A DNA stretch of 64,000 nucleotides. Source: Dehalococcoidia bacterium (GTDB taxonomy: Bacteria; Chloroflexota; Dehalococcoidia; UBA2979). Positions 49,825 through 64,000 of the stretch are shown here, piece by piece (positions within the stretch are counted from its first letter, which is position 1; each line of letters begins with the position of its first letter). The position numbers were made by a program, and so were the translations under genes. Location: NCBI GenBank assembly GCA_965262725.1, contig OZ253555.1, positions 3,520,001-3,584,000 on the forward strand, written 5' to 3'. The notes below the pieces were generated by a model. It saw only the letters and a list, made by a program, of their open reading frames with translations, did no database searches and was not told the DNA's origin.

Positions 49825-50142
49825 TTAGCGCAGAATCGTGCGCTCCACGATCCAGCTGAAGCCGAGATCGGCGCCGCCGAGGACGGCCCCGAAGAAGATC
49901 GAGACCACCACGACGACGAGCGTGAGATGGTAGACCTCCGAGCGCCCCGGCCACGTCACCTTCCGCAACTCCCCGATGATGTCGCGCGCCCACAGCGGCT
50001 TCAGCAGCGATCCCCGTCGCGGTGAATCCGGGGATGATGGGGCGGAGGGCGCCATCGGCGTGCGTCCCGCAGACGCCTGCCGTTGCTGAGCCCGCTGGCG
50101 ACGCTCCGCGCGCTCCTGTGCTCGCCTCGACGCCCGACCCAT
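49825..50142 (-). CDS. secE: Preprotein translocase SecE
   Basis: ELRKVTWP followed by a TM helix; upstream of nusG. Confidence 0.93.
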   Translation of the reverse strand: MGRASRRAQERAERRQRAQQRQASAGRTPMAPSAPSSPDSPRRGSLLKPLWARDIIGELRKVTWPGRSEVYHLTLVVVVVSIFFGAVLGGADLGFSWIVERTILR

Positions 50143-50172
50143 GAACCGTCCCGTCCCCCGCTGCTCGCTCCG

Positions 50173-50334
50173 CTAGCGCGTCTCTCGATACAGCTGCCGC
50201 TGGCGGCAGCGCGGGCAGAACTTGCGCAGCTCCAGCCGGTCCGGATCGTTCCGCCGGTTTTTCCTGGTGTGGTAGTTCCGCTCGCGGCACTCCGTGCACG
50301 CCAGGGTGATGTGGATACGATCGCCCTTCGCCAC
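50173..50334 (-). CDS. rpmG: 50S ribosomal protein L33, Zn-binding type (absent from the ORF track)
   Basis: Manual translation [53 protein letters not shown]. Confidence 0.96.
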   Translation of the reverse strand: MAKGDRIHITLACTECRERNYHTRKNRRNDPDRLELRKFCPRCRQRQLYRETR

Positions 50335-50385
50335 GCTCTCCCCCTCGGCCCTGCTCCCGAAAGCCCCGTCGGTCCCCCGGCTCGC

Positions 50386-51585
50386 CTACTCGATGATCTG
50401 CGTCACCACGCCCGCACCCACCGTGCGGCCGCCCTCCCGAATCGCAAACCGCAGACCCTGCTCCACCGCCACCGGCGTGATCAGCTCCACGTTCAACGCC
50501 ACGTTATCCCCGGGCATGACCATCTCGGTCCCCTCGGGCAACGTCACCACTCCCGTCACGTCCGTCGTCCGCACGTAAAACTGCGGCCGGTACCCGCTGA
50601 AGAACGGCGTGTGCCGTCCCCCCTCCTCCTTCGACAGGATGTACACCTCGCCCGCAAACCGCGTGTGCGGCGTGATCGACCCAGGCGCCGCCAGCACCTG
50701 CCCGCGCTCCACGTCCGTTCGCTCGATCCCCCGCAGTAGCGCCCCCACGTTGTCCCCGGCCTCCCCGGAGTCAAGAAGCTTCTTGAACATCTCCACTCCG
50801 GTCACCGTCGTCTTCCGCGTCGGACGGATCCCCACGATCTCGATCTCGTCCCCCACGTTCACCACGCCGCGCTCGATTCGACCCGTTACCACCGTCCCAC
50901 GACCCTTGATCCCGAACACGTCCTCGATCGGCATCAAGAACGGCTGGTCCTTCGGTCGGTCCGGCTGCGGTATGTACTCGTCCACCGACGACATCAGCTC
51001 CAGAATCGGCGCGTACTCCGTCGCACCCACGTCCGTCGACTCCGACTCCAGCGCCGCCAGCGCCGACCCTCGAATGATCGGCACGTCGTCACCAGGAAAC
51101 TCGTTGTCCGACAACAGATCCCGAAGCTCCAGCTCCACCAGCTCCAGAAGCTCCTCGTCCTCCATCATGTCGACCTTGTTCAGAAACACCACCACCGACG
51201 GCACCTGCACCTGCCGCGCCAGCAACAGGTGCTCCCGCGTCTGCGGCATCGGCCCGTCCGGCGCCGCCACCACCAGAATCGCCCCGTCCATCTGCGCCGC
51301 ACCCGTGATCATGTTCTTGATGTAGTCCGCGTGCCCCGGACAGTCCACGTGCGCGTAGTGACGGCTCTCCGTCTCGTACTCCACGTGCTGAATAGCAATC
51401 GTGATCCCCCGCTTACGTTCCTCCGGCGCGTTGTCGATCGAGTCGAACGGACGGAACTCCGCATCCCCGCGCATCGACAGCACCTTCGTGATCGCCGCCG
51501 TCAGCGTCGTCTTCCCGTGGTCGACGTGACCAATAGTCCCCACGTTCGCGTGCGGCTTCGTTCGCGCAAACCTGTCCTTCGCCAT
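50386..51585 (-). CDS. tuf: Elongation factor Tu
   Basis: [21 protein letters not shown]. Confidence 0.99.
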   Translation of the reverse strand: MAKDRFARTKPHANVGTIGHVDHGKTTLTAAITKVLSMRGDAEFRPFDSIDNAPEERKRGITIAIQHVEYETESRHYAHVDCPGHADYIKNMITGAAQMDGAILVVAAPDGPMPQTREHLLLARQVQVPSVVVFLNKVDMMEDEELLELVELELRDLLSDNEFPGDDVPIIRGSALAALESESTDVGATEYAPILELMSSVDEYIPQPDRPKDQPFLMPIEDVFGIKGRGTVVTGRIERGVVNVGDEIEIVGIRPTRKTTVTGVEMFKKLLDSGEAGDNVGALLRGIERTDVERGQVLAAPGSITPHTRFAGEVYILSKEEGGRHTPFFSGYRPQFYVRTTDVTGVVTLPEGTEMVMPGDNVALNVELITPVAVEQGLRFAIREGGRTVGAGVVTQIIE

Positions 51586-51649
51586 TCCCTACGCTCCCTC
51601 GTCCGCTCCCGCAGACCCACTACGCGCGCCGACACCTGTATCGGGGTGA

Positions 51650-51725
51650 TGGAGCCCTCAAGCAGATTCGAACTGCTGACCTCGTTCTTACCAAGAACGC
51701 GCTCTGCCGGCTGAGCTATGAGGGC
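51650..51725 (-). tRNA. tRNA-Thr(GGT)
   Basis: Cloverleaf, anticodon arm GTTCT-TGGTAA context with GGT anticodon, TTCGAAT loop, encoded CCA. Confidence 0.95.
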
Positions 51726-51774
51726 CCAACTGCGCCGCAGGTCCATCCCTCCGGATCGCGACGCCGCTCATTCC

Positions 51775-51860
51775 TGGTGCAGGGGGCAGGATTCGAACCT
51801 GCGTAGCCTTGCGGCGGCGGATTTACAGTCCGCTGGAATTAACCACTCTCCCACCCCTGC
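51775..51860 (-). tRNA. tRNA-Tyr(GTA)
   Basis: GCAGGGG acceptor, GCGGA-CTGTAAA-TCCGC anticodon arm, long variable arm, ACCA end. Confidence 0.95.
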
Positions 51861-51926
51861 GTGTCCGCGCACACACACCACGGGCACCCGCCGAGCGCCC
51901 CTCGGGGCCCGCCGTCCCGGCGGATC

Positions 51927-52002
51927 TGGAGCCCGAGAGGGGATTCGAACCCACTAACCTACCGATTACAAATCGGTTGCGCTGCCATTGCGCCACTCGG
52001 GC
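51927..52002 (-). tRNA. tRNA-Thr(TGT)
   Basis: GCCCGAG acceptor, ACCGA-TTTGTAA-TCGGT anticodon arm, encoded CCA. Confidence 0.93.
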
Positions 52003-52131
52003 GGCGGGACACCGGCGATGCCCCCGGGTTCCCCGCGAGGGCCGCGCGCGTCAGGCGCACGCGGGCGCATCCGGCTAACGAGTATATGAAGGGGCCCCCG
52101 CGTGCGTCCAGCCAGCGCCGCCGCGCATCCG

Positions 52132-53579
<1,448 letters not shown>

Positions 53580-53580
<1 letters not shown>

Positions 53581-54308
53581 CAGCGCTCTCCCGCCGCGGT
53601 CGCATCACCCGCGCCACCGCTTCCGGGCTCGCCCGGCCCGACCGGCGGGGAGCCGTCCGGCGCGGGCACCGCCGCCCCCACGTCGCGCGCGCCGAGATCC
53701 CGCTCGAGGCTCTCGAGGCGGCGCTCCAAGGCGTCGATGCGGTCCCAGCCGGGATCGGGGAGGCGCTCGACCGTCTCGTCGCCGGCCGCGGTGACGGCGA
53801 CGACGTGGCCGGGGACTCCGACCACAGTGGCGTAGGGGGGGACGCTCGACACCACGACCGCGCCCGCCCCGATGCGCGAGTGGTGGCCGATGATCACCGC
53901 GCCGATGATCTTCGCCCCGGCGCCCACCACGACGTGGTCCTCCAGCGTCGGGTGGCGCTTCTCCCGGCGCGTCGACGTGCCGCCGAGCGTCACGCCCTGG
54001 TAGAGATGGCAGTGATCCCCGATCTCGGCCGTCTCGCCTATCACCACGCCCATCCCGTGATCGATGAAGAGACGCGACCCGATCCGCGCCCGGGGATGGA
54101 TCTCGATGCCCGTCAGAAGCCGTCCGAGGTGCGCTACCACGCGGGCCACGAGCGCCAGCCCGGCCGCGTCGAGCCGGTGCGCGAGGCGGTGCACCAGCAG
54201 CGCGTGGACGCCCGGGTAGGCGAGGAGCACCTCCGCGGCGGATCGCGCCGCCGGGTCGCGCTCCTGCGCGGTGCGCACGGCATCCCCGATCGACGAGAGC
54301 CAGTTCAT
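53580..54308 (-). CDS. cysE: Serine O-acetyltransferase
   Basis: [29 protein letters not shown] hexapeptide repeats. Confidence 0.95.
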
Positions 54309-54364
54309 CGGTGAGTCCTCGTGGCCCCGCGCGGCCACCGCCGCGCGGAGGCCGGCCGCCGCCG

Positions 54365-54506
54365 GCCGAGCCCGGGGCGATTCCCTCGGGGACGCCGCCC
54401 CATCAGGAGACTGCGGGGCGGGGCGGAAGGAGCCGCGGCCCCTCCATCGGGGCGCGGGGCGCGGATGCGCTGGGAACCACCGTCCACTCCGACTCGTCCT
54501 GCCCCC
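54365..54506 (-). ncRNA. Candidate rod-shaped structured RNA / cysE leader
   Basis: Nested helices with several G-U pairs on the minus strand; TAAACT -10 box at 54514-54519; family not identified. Confidence 0.4.
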
Positions 54507-54516
54507 ACACGAGAGT

Positions 54517-54996
54517 TTACGCCACATCCTCCTCGAGCATGGCCACGGCCATCGCCGCGATCGCCTCGCCGCGACCGATCTCACCAAGCCCCTCGTTGGT
54601 CGTCGCCTTGACGTTGACCCGACCGGGCTCGACCCCGAGCGTGCGTGCGATGGACTCGCGCATCGCCGAAATCAGCGCCCCGATGCGGGGACGCTCCGCC
54701 AGCACCGTCGCGTCGATATTGGAGACGCGGTACCGCTGTGCGGCGACGAGCCGCGAGGCGCGGCGCAGCAGCTCGCGGCTGTCGATTCCGGCGATCGAGG
54801 GCTCACCCGGCGGGAAGTGCTGGCCGATGTCTCCCTGACCGGCGGCCCCGAGCAGGGCATCGGTGATCGCGTGCAGCAACGCATCGCCGTCCGAGTGCCC
54901 CAGCAGCCGGGGAGCGCCCGCCACGTCGATGCCGCCGAGGCGCAGCGTTCCGACGTCGCCGAGGCGATGCACGTCGTAACCGATGCCCACGCGCAT
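54517..54996 (-). CDS. ispF: MECDP synthase
   Basis: [27 protein letters not shown]. Confidence 0.97.
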   Translation of the reverse strand: MRVGIGYDVHRLGDVGTLRLGGIDVAGAPRLLGHSDGDALLHAITDALLGAAGQGDIGQHFPPGEPSIAGIDSRELLRRASRLVAAQRYRVSNIDATVLAERPRIGALISAMRESIARTLGVEPGRVNVKATTNEGLGEIGRGEAIAAMAVAMLEEDVA

Positions 54997-55778
54997 CAGG
55001 AGCTCCCGACTCCTCGCCCGGCGGCCCGAGCAAGCTCCTCAGCGCGCACCGCGGCCCGGACCCGCACGAGGTCGGAGGCGGTCGTGACCTTCACGTTCTC
55101 CTCCTCGCCATCGACGAGCCCGACGGGCTCCCCGATGCGCTCCACCAGTGACGCGCAGTCGGTCGCCTCGCTCGACCCCGGTTCCGACGCCGACACCAAG
55201 GCCCGCCGCAGCAGTTCGCCGGAGAACGCCTGAGGCGTCTGGGCGGCGCGCAAAGGTCCCCGCGCCAGCGTTTGCACCACCCGACCGCCGCCGTCGACCT
55301 CCTTGATGGTGTCGACGACGGGCACGCCGGGGAGCGCCGCTCCGTGCACCCGCGCCGCATCCAGCACCCGGAGCGCGAGCTCGCGAGAGGCGAGCGGCCG
55401 GGCCGCGTCGTGCACCAGGTACCAGAGGGCATCGGGCGCGGCGGCGACACCGGCGGCGACCGAGTCTTGCCTCCGCGGACCGCCCTCCACCAGGAGCAGC
55501 CGCCCAGCGCGGGCGAGCCGGGCGAGGTCGTCGTGGCGGGCCTCGGGCGCCACGACGACGACGCGCTCGACGACGGGGAGGGAGGTGAGCATCGCGAGCG
55601 GCCGCCCGACGAGCGGGGCTCCACCGAGGTCGGCCCACAGCTTCTGCCGGTCCGCTGCCGCCGCCTCCCCCATGCGAGCGGAGGATCCGGCCGCGAGCAG
55701 GATCGCGACGACCGCGCCCGCCCTCATTCCCTCGCGGGCCGGCGCCTGCCGGCGCCGTGTGTCGGCACGCTCCGGCAT
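54996..55778 (-). CDS. ispD: MEP cytidylyltransferase
   Basis: LAAGSSARMG, GGPRRQDSV, HDAARP, QTPQAF, NVKVTT. Confidence 0.95.
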   Translation of the reverse strand: MPERADTRRRQAPAREGMRAGAVVAILLAAGSSARMGEAAAADRQKLWADLGGAPLVGRPLAMLTSLPVVERVVVVAPEARHDDLARLARAGRLLLVEGGPRRQDSVAAGVAAAPDALWYLVHDAARPLASRELALRVLDAARVHGAALPGVPVVDTIKEVDGGGRVVQTLARGPLRAAQTPQAFSGELLRRALVSASEPGSSEATDCASLVERIGEPVGLVDGEEENVKVTTASDLVRVRAAVRAEELARAAGRGVGSS

Positions 55779-55964
55779 GAGGCCTCACCCCCGGTCGGCC
55801 ACGCCCCAGCGCGGCGCACTGGCGGCGACAGCGTAGCGATCCCCACGGCCCGGGGCCACGCGCGGCGGCCGGCGGCAACGTGGACCCCCCGGGGACGCTC
55901 GGATAAGCTCGATCGTCACGTCCCCGGTCGGGAGCCCCCGCTCGTGTTCGGAGGAGGAGGCGCT

Positions 55965-57890
55965 ATGGACGCTGGCTATGGGTCGCTCCTGCGCCGCGTG
56001 TCGCGCCCCGCGCGCTACACCGGCGGCGAGCTCAACTCCATCGTGAAGGACTGGGATGCGCACCCGCTCCGCGTCGCGCTCGCCTATCCCGACATCTACG
56101 ACCTCGGGATGTCCAACCTCGGCCTCATGATCCTCTACGACATCGTCAACCGCCGCGACGACGCTCTAGCGGAGCGCGTGTTCTCTCCGTGGGTGGATAT
56201 GGAGGAGCTCCTGCGCGAGCGCGGCGAGGCGCTGCGCTCGCTCGAGAGCCACCACCCGGTCCGCGACTTCGACATCCTCGGCATCACGCTGCAGTACGAG
56301 GCCTGCTACACGAACGTGCTCAACATGCTCGATCTCTCGGGCATCGCGCTCCGGACTGCCGACCGCTCAGACGACGACACGATCGTGATCGCCGGTGGCT
56401 CGTGCGCGCTCGAGCCCGAGCCCCTCTCTCCCTTCATCGACGCCTTCGCGCTGGGCGAGGGTGAGGAGTTGATCCGCGAGATCCTCGACGTCGTGGCCGC
56501 CTGGAAACGCGAGGGCGGCGGCCCCAGGCGCGAGCTCCACCGCCGCCTCGCCGGCATCGCCGGCATCTATGTCCCCTCGCTCTACGAGCAGCGCTACAAG
56601 GCCGACGGGACCATCGCCGAGACTGTGCCAGTCGACGACGCCGCGCCGCCGCGTCCCGTGAGGCGGGTGCTGCAGCGCCTCGAGCCCGCCATCACGCGTC
56701 CGATCGTCCCGTTCATGGAGGTCGTGCACGACCGCGCGGCGGTGGAGATCCAGCGCGGCTGTACCCAGGGCTGCCGCTTCTGCCAGGCGGGAATGATCTA
56801 CCGTCCCACGCGGGAACGCAGCGTCGAGGAGGTCGTCCAGGCGGCCGGGGAGCTGATGGCCAACACCGGCTACGAGGAGATCTCCCTGATGTCGCTCTCC
56901 ACCACCGATCACCGCGAGATCGGCCCGATGGTCCATGCACTGATGGATGCCTACGGCGACCGGGGCCTCAAGCTGTCGATCCCCTCCACGCGGGTCGACT
57001 CGTTCTCGGTCGAGGTCGCCAACGCCGTCGCCCGCGGCAAGAAACACACGCTCACCCTCGCGCCCGAGGCCGGCTCGCAGCGACTGCGCAACACGATCAA
57101 CAAGCTCGTCTCGGAGCAGGACATCCTGACCGCCGCCGAGAACGCCTTTCAGAACGGCTGGACCTCGATCAAGATGTACTTCATGGTCGGGCAGCCGACC
57201 GAGACCGACTTCGACATCGAGGAGATCGTCCGGATTGCCGCGGAGGTGCGGGCGATCGGCCGGCGGCACGTGGGCGGAAGAGCGCGCGTGCGTGTCTCGA
57301 CGTCCAACTTCATCCCGAAGGCGCACACGCCGTACCAGTGGATCGGGCAGACGGACGCCGAGACGCTGCGCCGCCGCCATCGCATCCTGCGCGACGGCTG
57401 CCGCCGCGAGAGGGTGCAATTCAGCTGGGAAGACCCGGAGAAGTCCCTGCTCGAGGCCGTACTCTCGCGCGGAGACCGACGCGTCGCCGAGGTGATCGAG
57501 ACCGCGTGGCGTCTCGGCGCGACGTTCGACTCGTGGTCCGACCGCCACGACTGGTCGCTCTGGGAGCGCGCCTTCGCCGAGCACGACCTGGACCCCGCGT
57601 TCTACGGGCAGCGGGACCGTGATCTCTGGGAGCAGCTGCCGTGGTCCCACATCCACGGCGGCATCGAGCCCTCCTTCCTGCGAGCGGAGTGGATGAAGAC
57701 GCTGAACGAGGAGATCACGCTCGACTGCAAGCGCGACCCGTGCAACGTCTGCGGCATGCAGAACGAGCACGGCGAGTGCCGCCACAAGATCGGAGAGCTT
57801 GTCGCCTTCAAGCGGGCCGGCGACGACGTGAAGGGCCGCCGCATCGCCGAGGAGCGCGAGCGGCTGGCCGTCCCGCTCACGCTCGTCTAG
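55965..57890 (+). CDS. TIGR03960-type B12-binding radical SAM protein
   Basis: PARYTGGE, YPDIYDLGMSNLG, RGCTQGCRFCQAG (CxxxCxxC), APEAGSQRLR; GGAGG RBS before ATG 55965. Confidence 0.9.
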   Translation: MDAGYGSLLRRVSRPARYTGGELNSIVKDWDAHPLRVALAYPDIYDLGMSNLGLMILYDIVNRRDDALAERVFSPWVDMEELLRERGEALRSLESHHPVRDFDILGITLQYEACYTNVLNMLDLSGIALRTADRSDDDTIVIAGGSCALEPEPLSPFIDAFALGEGEELIREILDVVAAWKREGGGPRRELHRRLAGIAGIYVPSLYEQRYKADGTIAETVPVDDAAPPRPVRRVLQRLEPAITRPIVPFMEVVHDRAAVEIQRGCTQGCRFCQAGMIYRPTRERSVEEVVQAAGELMANTGYEEISLMSLSTTDHREIGPMVHALMDAYGDRGLKLSIPSTRVDSFSVEVANAVARGKKHTLTLAPEAGSQRLRNTINKLVSEQDILTAAENAFQNGWTSIKMYFMVGQPTETDFDIEEIVRIAAEVRAIGRRHVGGRARVRVSTSNFIPKAHTPYQWIGQTDAETLRRRHRILRDGCRRERVQFSWEDPEKSLLEAVLSRGDRRVAEVIETAWRLGATFDSWSDRHDWSLWERAFAEHDLDPAFYGQRDRDLWEQLPWSHIHGGIEPSFLRAEWMKTLNEEITLDCKRDPCNVCGMQNEHGECRHKIGELVAFKRAGDDVKGRRIAEERERLAVPLTLV

Positions 57891-57984
57891 CAGTCCCCCG
57901 CGCATTCCTGCGCCCGCTGGCGTCCCCGGCGGCGACACTCCACCCGCGCGGCGTCCCCCCGCCGCCGGGTGAGGCCCGCGCGCC

Positions 57985-58758
57985 TCAGCGGCGCGACTCC
58001 CACCGGAAGAACCGGACCGCGATCAGCATCGCGGCGGCCAGCCAGGCGGCCATGACCGCGAGGTGCACCGCCTCGAACCCCGCGCCCCGCTCGAACGGGT
58101 CGAAGGAGGCGTGCAGCGCGAGCGCGAAGTGCCGCACCGGGAAGAGGTCGGCGAACGTCGTCAGCCACGCCGGTGCGTCGTCCAGCGGGATGAAGACGTC
58201 AGAGACGAAGAGCAGCGGGAGAACCGAGGCGTTCACGATCGCCGGCGACGCCTCGGCGTTGGGGATCACGGTGGTCACGGCGAGCCCGAGGGCGCTGAAG
58301 GTAGCCGAGCCGATGATCAGGGTCAGGGCGAAGGCCGGCAGCGTGCGCGTCGGGACGGCCGTGTCGTAGAAGACCACGCCGGCGGCGGACACCACGACAA
58401 CGAGCAGGACTCCTATCAGGACAGCGTGCCCCACCTTCCCGCCCAGGAGCGCCCACGTCGGGAGCGGCGTCCCGCGCACGCGCTTGAGCAGGCCCTGATC
58501 CCTCGAGAACGAGAGCCCCATCGCCACGTTGGTGTAGCACGCCCCGATCACCGACATGGCGATGATGCCGGGGACGTAGAAGGTCGAGATGCCCGCCGTG
58601 CCGCCGGAGAGTTCCACGGTGCCGCCCCCGAAGATCAGGTTGAAGATCACCAGGAACATCAGCGGGAAGACGATCGTGAAGAACGCCGCGGGAGGGTTAC
58701 GCCAGAACGACCTGTTCTCGTACCTCACCTGCCGCAGCACGACGGCGACGGGGCGCAC
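57985..58758 (-). CDS. ABC-2 type exporter permease
   Basis: About six TMs; FWRNPPAAFFT, GLLKRVRGTP. Confidence 0.9.
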   Translation of the reverse strand: MRPVAVVLRQVRYENRSFWRNPPAAFFTIVFPLMFLVIFNLIFGGGTVELSGGTAGISTFYVPGIIAMSVIGACYTNVAMGLSFSRDQGLLKRVRGTPLPTWALLGGKVGHAVLIGVLLVVVVSAAGVVFYDTAVPTRTLPAFALTLIIGSATFSALGLAVTTVIPNAEASPAIVNASVLPLLFVSDVFIPLDDAPAWLTTFADLFPVRHFALALHASFDPFERGAGFEAVHLAVMAAWLAAAMLIAVRFFRWESRR

Positions 58759-59694
58759 CTACGTGCCGCCGTTCGTGCCGGGCGCACCGGCAAGCGCGAG
58801 GAAGACGTCCTCGAGCGAGGGCGCCGAGACGGAGAGCTCCCGCAGCTCGACCCCCTCCCCCACCGCCCAGCCCGTGAGCACGTGGAGCGCGCTGGTTGCC
58901 TCGCGCGTGGTGATCACGTAGCCGCCGTTGCTCCCCGCCGGCTCCGCCGACAGATGATCGGGAGGGCGAGCGCCCTCCACGCGGAAGCGGATCGTCGTGT
59001 GCGCCTCCCGGCGCACGAGGTCGTCCACCGACCCCTCCGCGACGATCCTCCCGTCCACCAGGATCGCGACGCGGTCGGCCAGGTACTCCGCCTCCTCCAT
59101 GTAGTGGGTCGTGAGGACGACCGTCTTGCCGAGGGACCGGAGGCCCCGCACCATCTCCCACGCCTCCCGGCGGGCGGAGGGGTCGAAGCCGGTCGTCGGC
59201 TCGTCGAGAAAGAGCAGCTCGGGATTCCCGGCGAGTCCCACGGCGACGTCGAGCCTGCGCTGCTGGCCCCCGGAGAGGCGGCGGACGAGCGTGCGGCGCT
59301 GCTCCGTGAGCCCGATCAGATCGAGGATCGCCTCCCGCGGAAGCGGATCCGGGTAGTAGCCGCGGAAGAGCTCGACCGTCTCCTCCACCGAGAGGTAGGG
59401 ATCGACGCTCGCCGACTGCAGCACAATGCCGATCCGCTCCCGGAAGGAGCGCTCGTGCCGCCCGGGATCGTGGCCCAGGACCGACACCTCCCCGCCCGTC
59501 CTCGCGAGGTGCCCCTCGAGGATCTCGACCGTCGTGGTCTTGCCGGCGCCGTTGGGGCCGAGAATGGCGAAGATCTCGCCGCGTGAGACGGTGACGTCGA
59601 TGCCGCGGACTGCCTCCACGTCGCCGTAGGACTTGCGCAGCCCGCGCACCCGGATGGCCGGCTCCGCGCGCCCCCCCGTCCCCGCAGCCTCCAT
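58759..59694 (-). CDS. ABC exporter ATP-binding protein (DrrA-like)
   Basis: GPNGAGKTT, LSGGQ, FLDEPTTG, TTHY. Confidence 0.95.
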   Translation of the reverse strand: MEAAGTGGRAEPAIRVRGLRKSYGDVEAVRGIDVTVSRGEIFAILGPNGAGKTTTVEILEGHLARTGGEVSVLGHDPGRHERSFRERIGIVLQSASVDPYLSVEETVELFRGYYPDPLPREAILDLIGLTEQRRTLVRRLSGGQQRRLDVAVGLAGNPELLFLDEPTTGFDPSARREAWEMVRGLRSLGKTVVLTTHYMEEAEYLADRVAILVDGRIVAEGSVDDLVRREAHTTIRFRVEGARPPDHLSAEPAGSNGGYVITTREATSALHVLTGWAVGEGVELRELSVSAPSLEDVFLALAGAPGTNGGT

Positions 59695-59776
59695 GGAGTC
59701 ACCGTAGCCGACCGCACCGGCACGTGAAAGAGCGTGAGCGCATCCCCTGCGCTATCGCGCCCGCGGTCTGAGCACA

Positions 59777-59806
59777 GGAGAGCCCCGGCTCTGCCGGGGC
59801 TCTCCT
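59777..59806 (-). terminator. Hairpin downstream of rpoC, probable terminator
   Basis: AGGAGAGCCCCGGC / GCCGGGGCTCTCCT inverted repeat with a 3-nt loop; weak U-tract. Confidence 0.6.
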
Positions 59807-59856
59807 CGCCGCACCGTCTGCTGGGCCGGCCGCTCGGCTCCCGCCTCGCGGCCTGT

Positions 59857-64000
<4,144 letters not shown>

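Noticed and set aside
50386-51585. Distinct base composition and codon usage of tuf
   Set aside because: Canonical gene context; explained by high expression or tuf paralogue homogenisation rather than horizontal transfer.
51650-52002. tRNA genes as integration sites
   Set aside because: No duplicated tRNA 3' end or integrase noticed in the window.
54309-54516. T-box, SAM, fluoride riboswitch or SRP RNA upstream of cysE
   Set aside because: Only partial resemblances (GGTGGTTCC, CTGATG, GGAAGGAGCCGC on the opposite strand); required conserved motifs are missing. Kept only as an unassigned structured RNA candidate.

Overview
A very GC-rich, gene-dense chromosomal segment made mostly of core genes. 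The RpoC coiled-coil insert, the tRNA-tuf-rpmG-secE-nusG-rplKAJL block not followed by rpoB, and PdxST suggest a monoderm bacterium, probably Chloroflexota/Dehalococcoidia (inference, no search run). Left third: metabolic genes, an XRE regulator, a frameshifted K+ channel, recF, an M23 peptidase and three separate AAA+ ATPase modules (a chelatase-like ATPase plus VWA protein; MoxR-DUF58-transglutaminase-like; MoxR-DUF58-Bat-like VWA operon). Middle: dnaE, lysC, thrB, tmk, pdxST, USP/TrkA, pheA, Fpg/Nei, HNH. Right: ribosomal/translation cluster, three tRNAs, ispDF-cysES, a B12 radical SAM gene, an ABC-2 exporter and most of rpoC. I see no CRISPR array, prophage or defence island, and I cannot claim a clearly new system. 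Best leads: (1) an intact transglutaminase-like gene with all three catalytic triad residues replaced, inside the AAA+/VWA cluster; (2) two unrelated IS elements inserted at the TAG stop (CTAG) of essential genes dnaE and rplL, in a window where TAG is the most common stop codon; (3) two rod-like candidate RNAs (ispF-cysE spacer; downstream of rplL); (4) a BatB-BatC fusion with an internal lipobox; (5) a Zn-finger-TM-LysM protein. Start codons were adjusted by eye from RBS, overlap and motif evidence.
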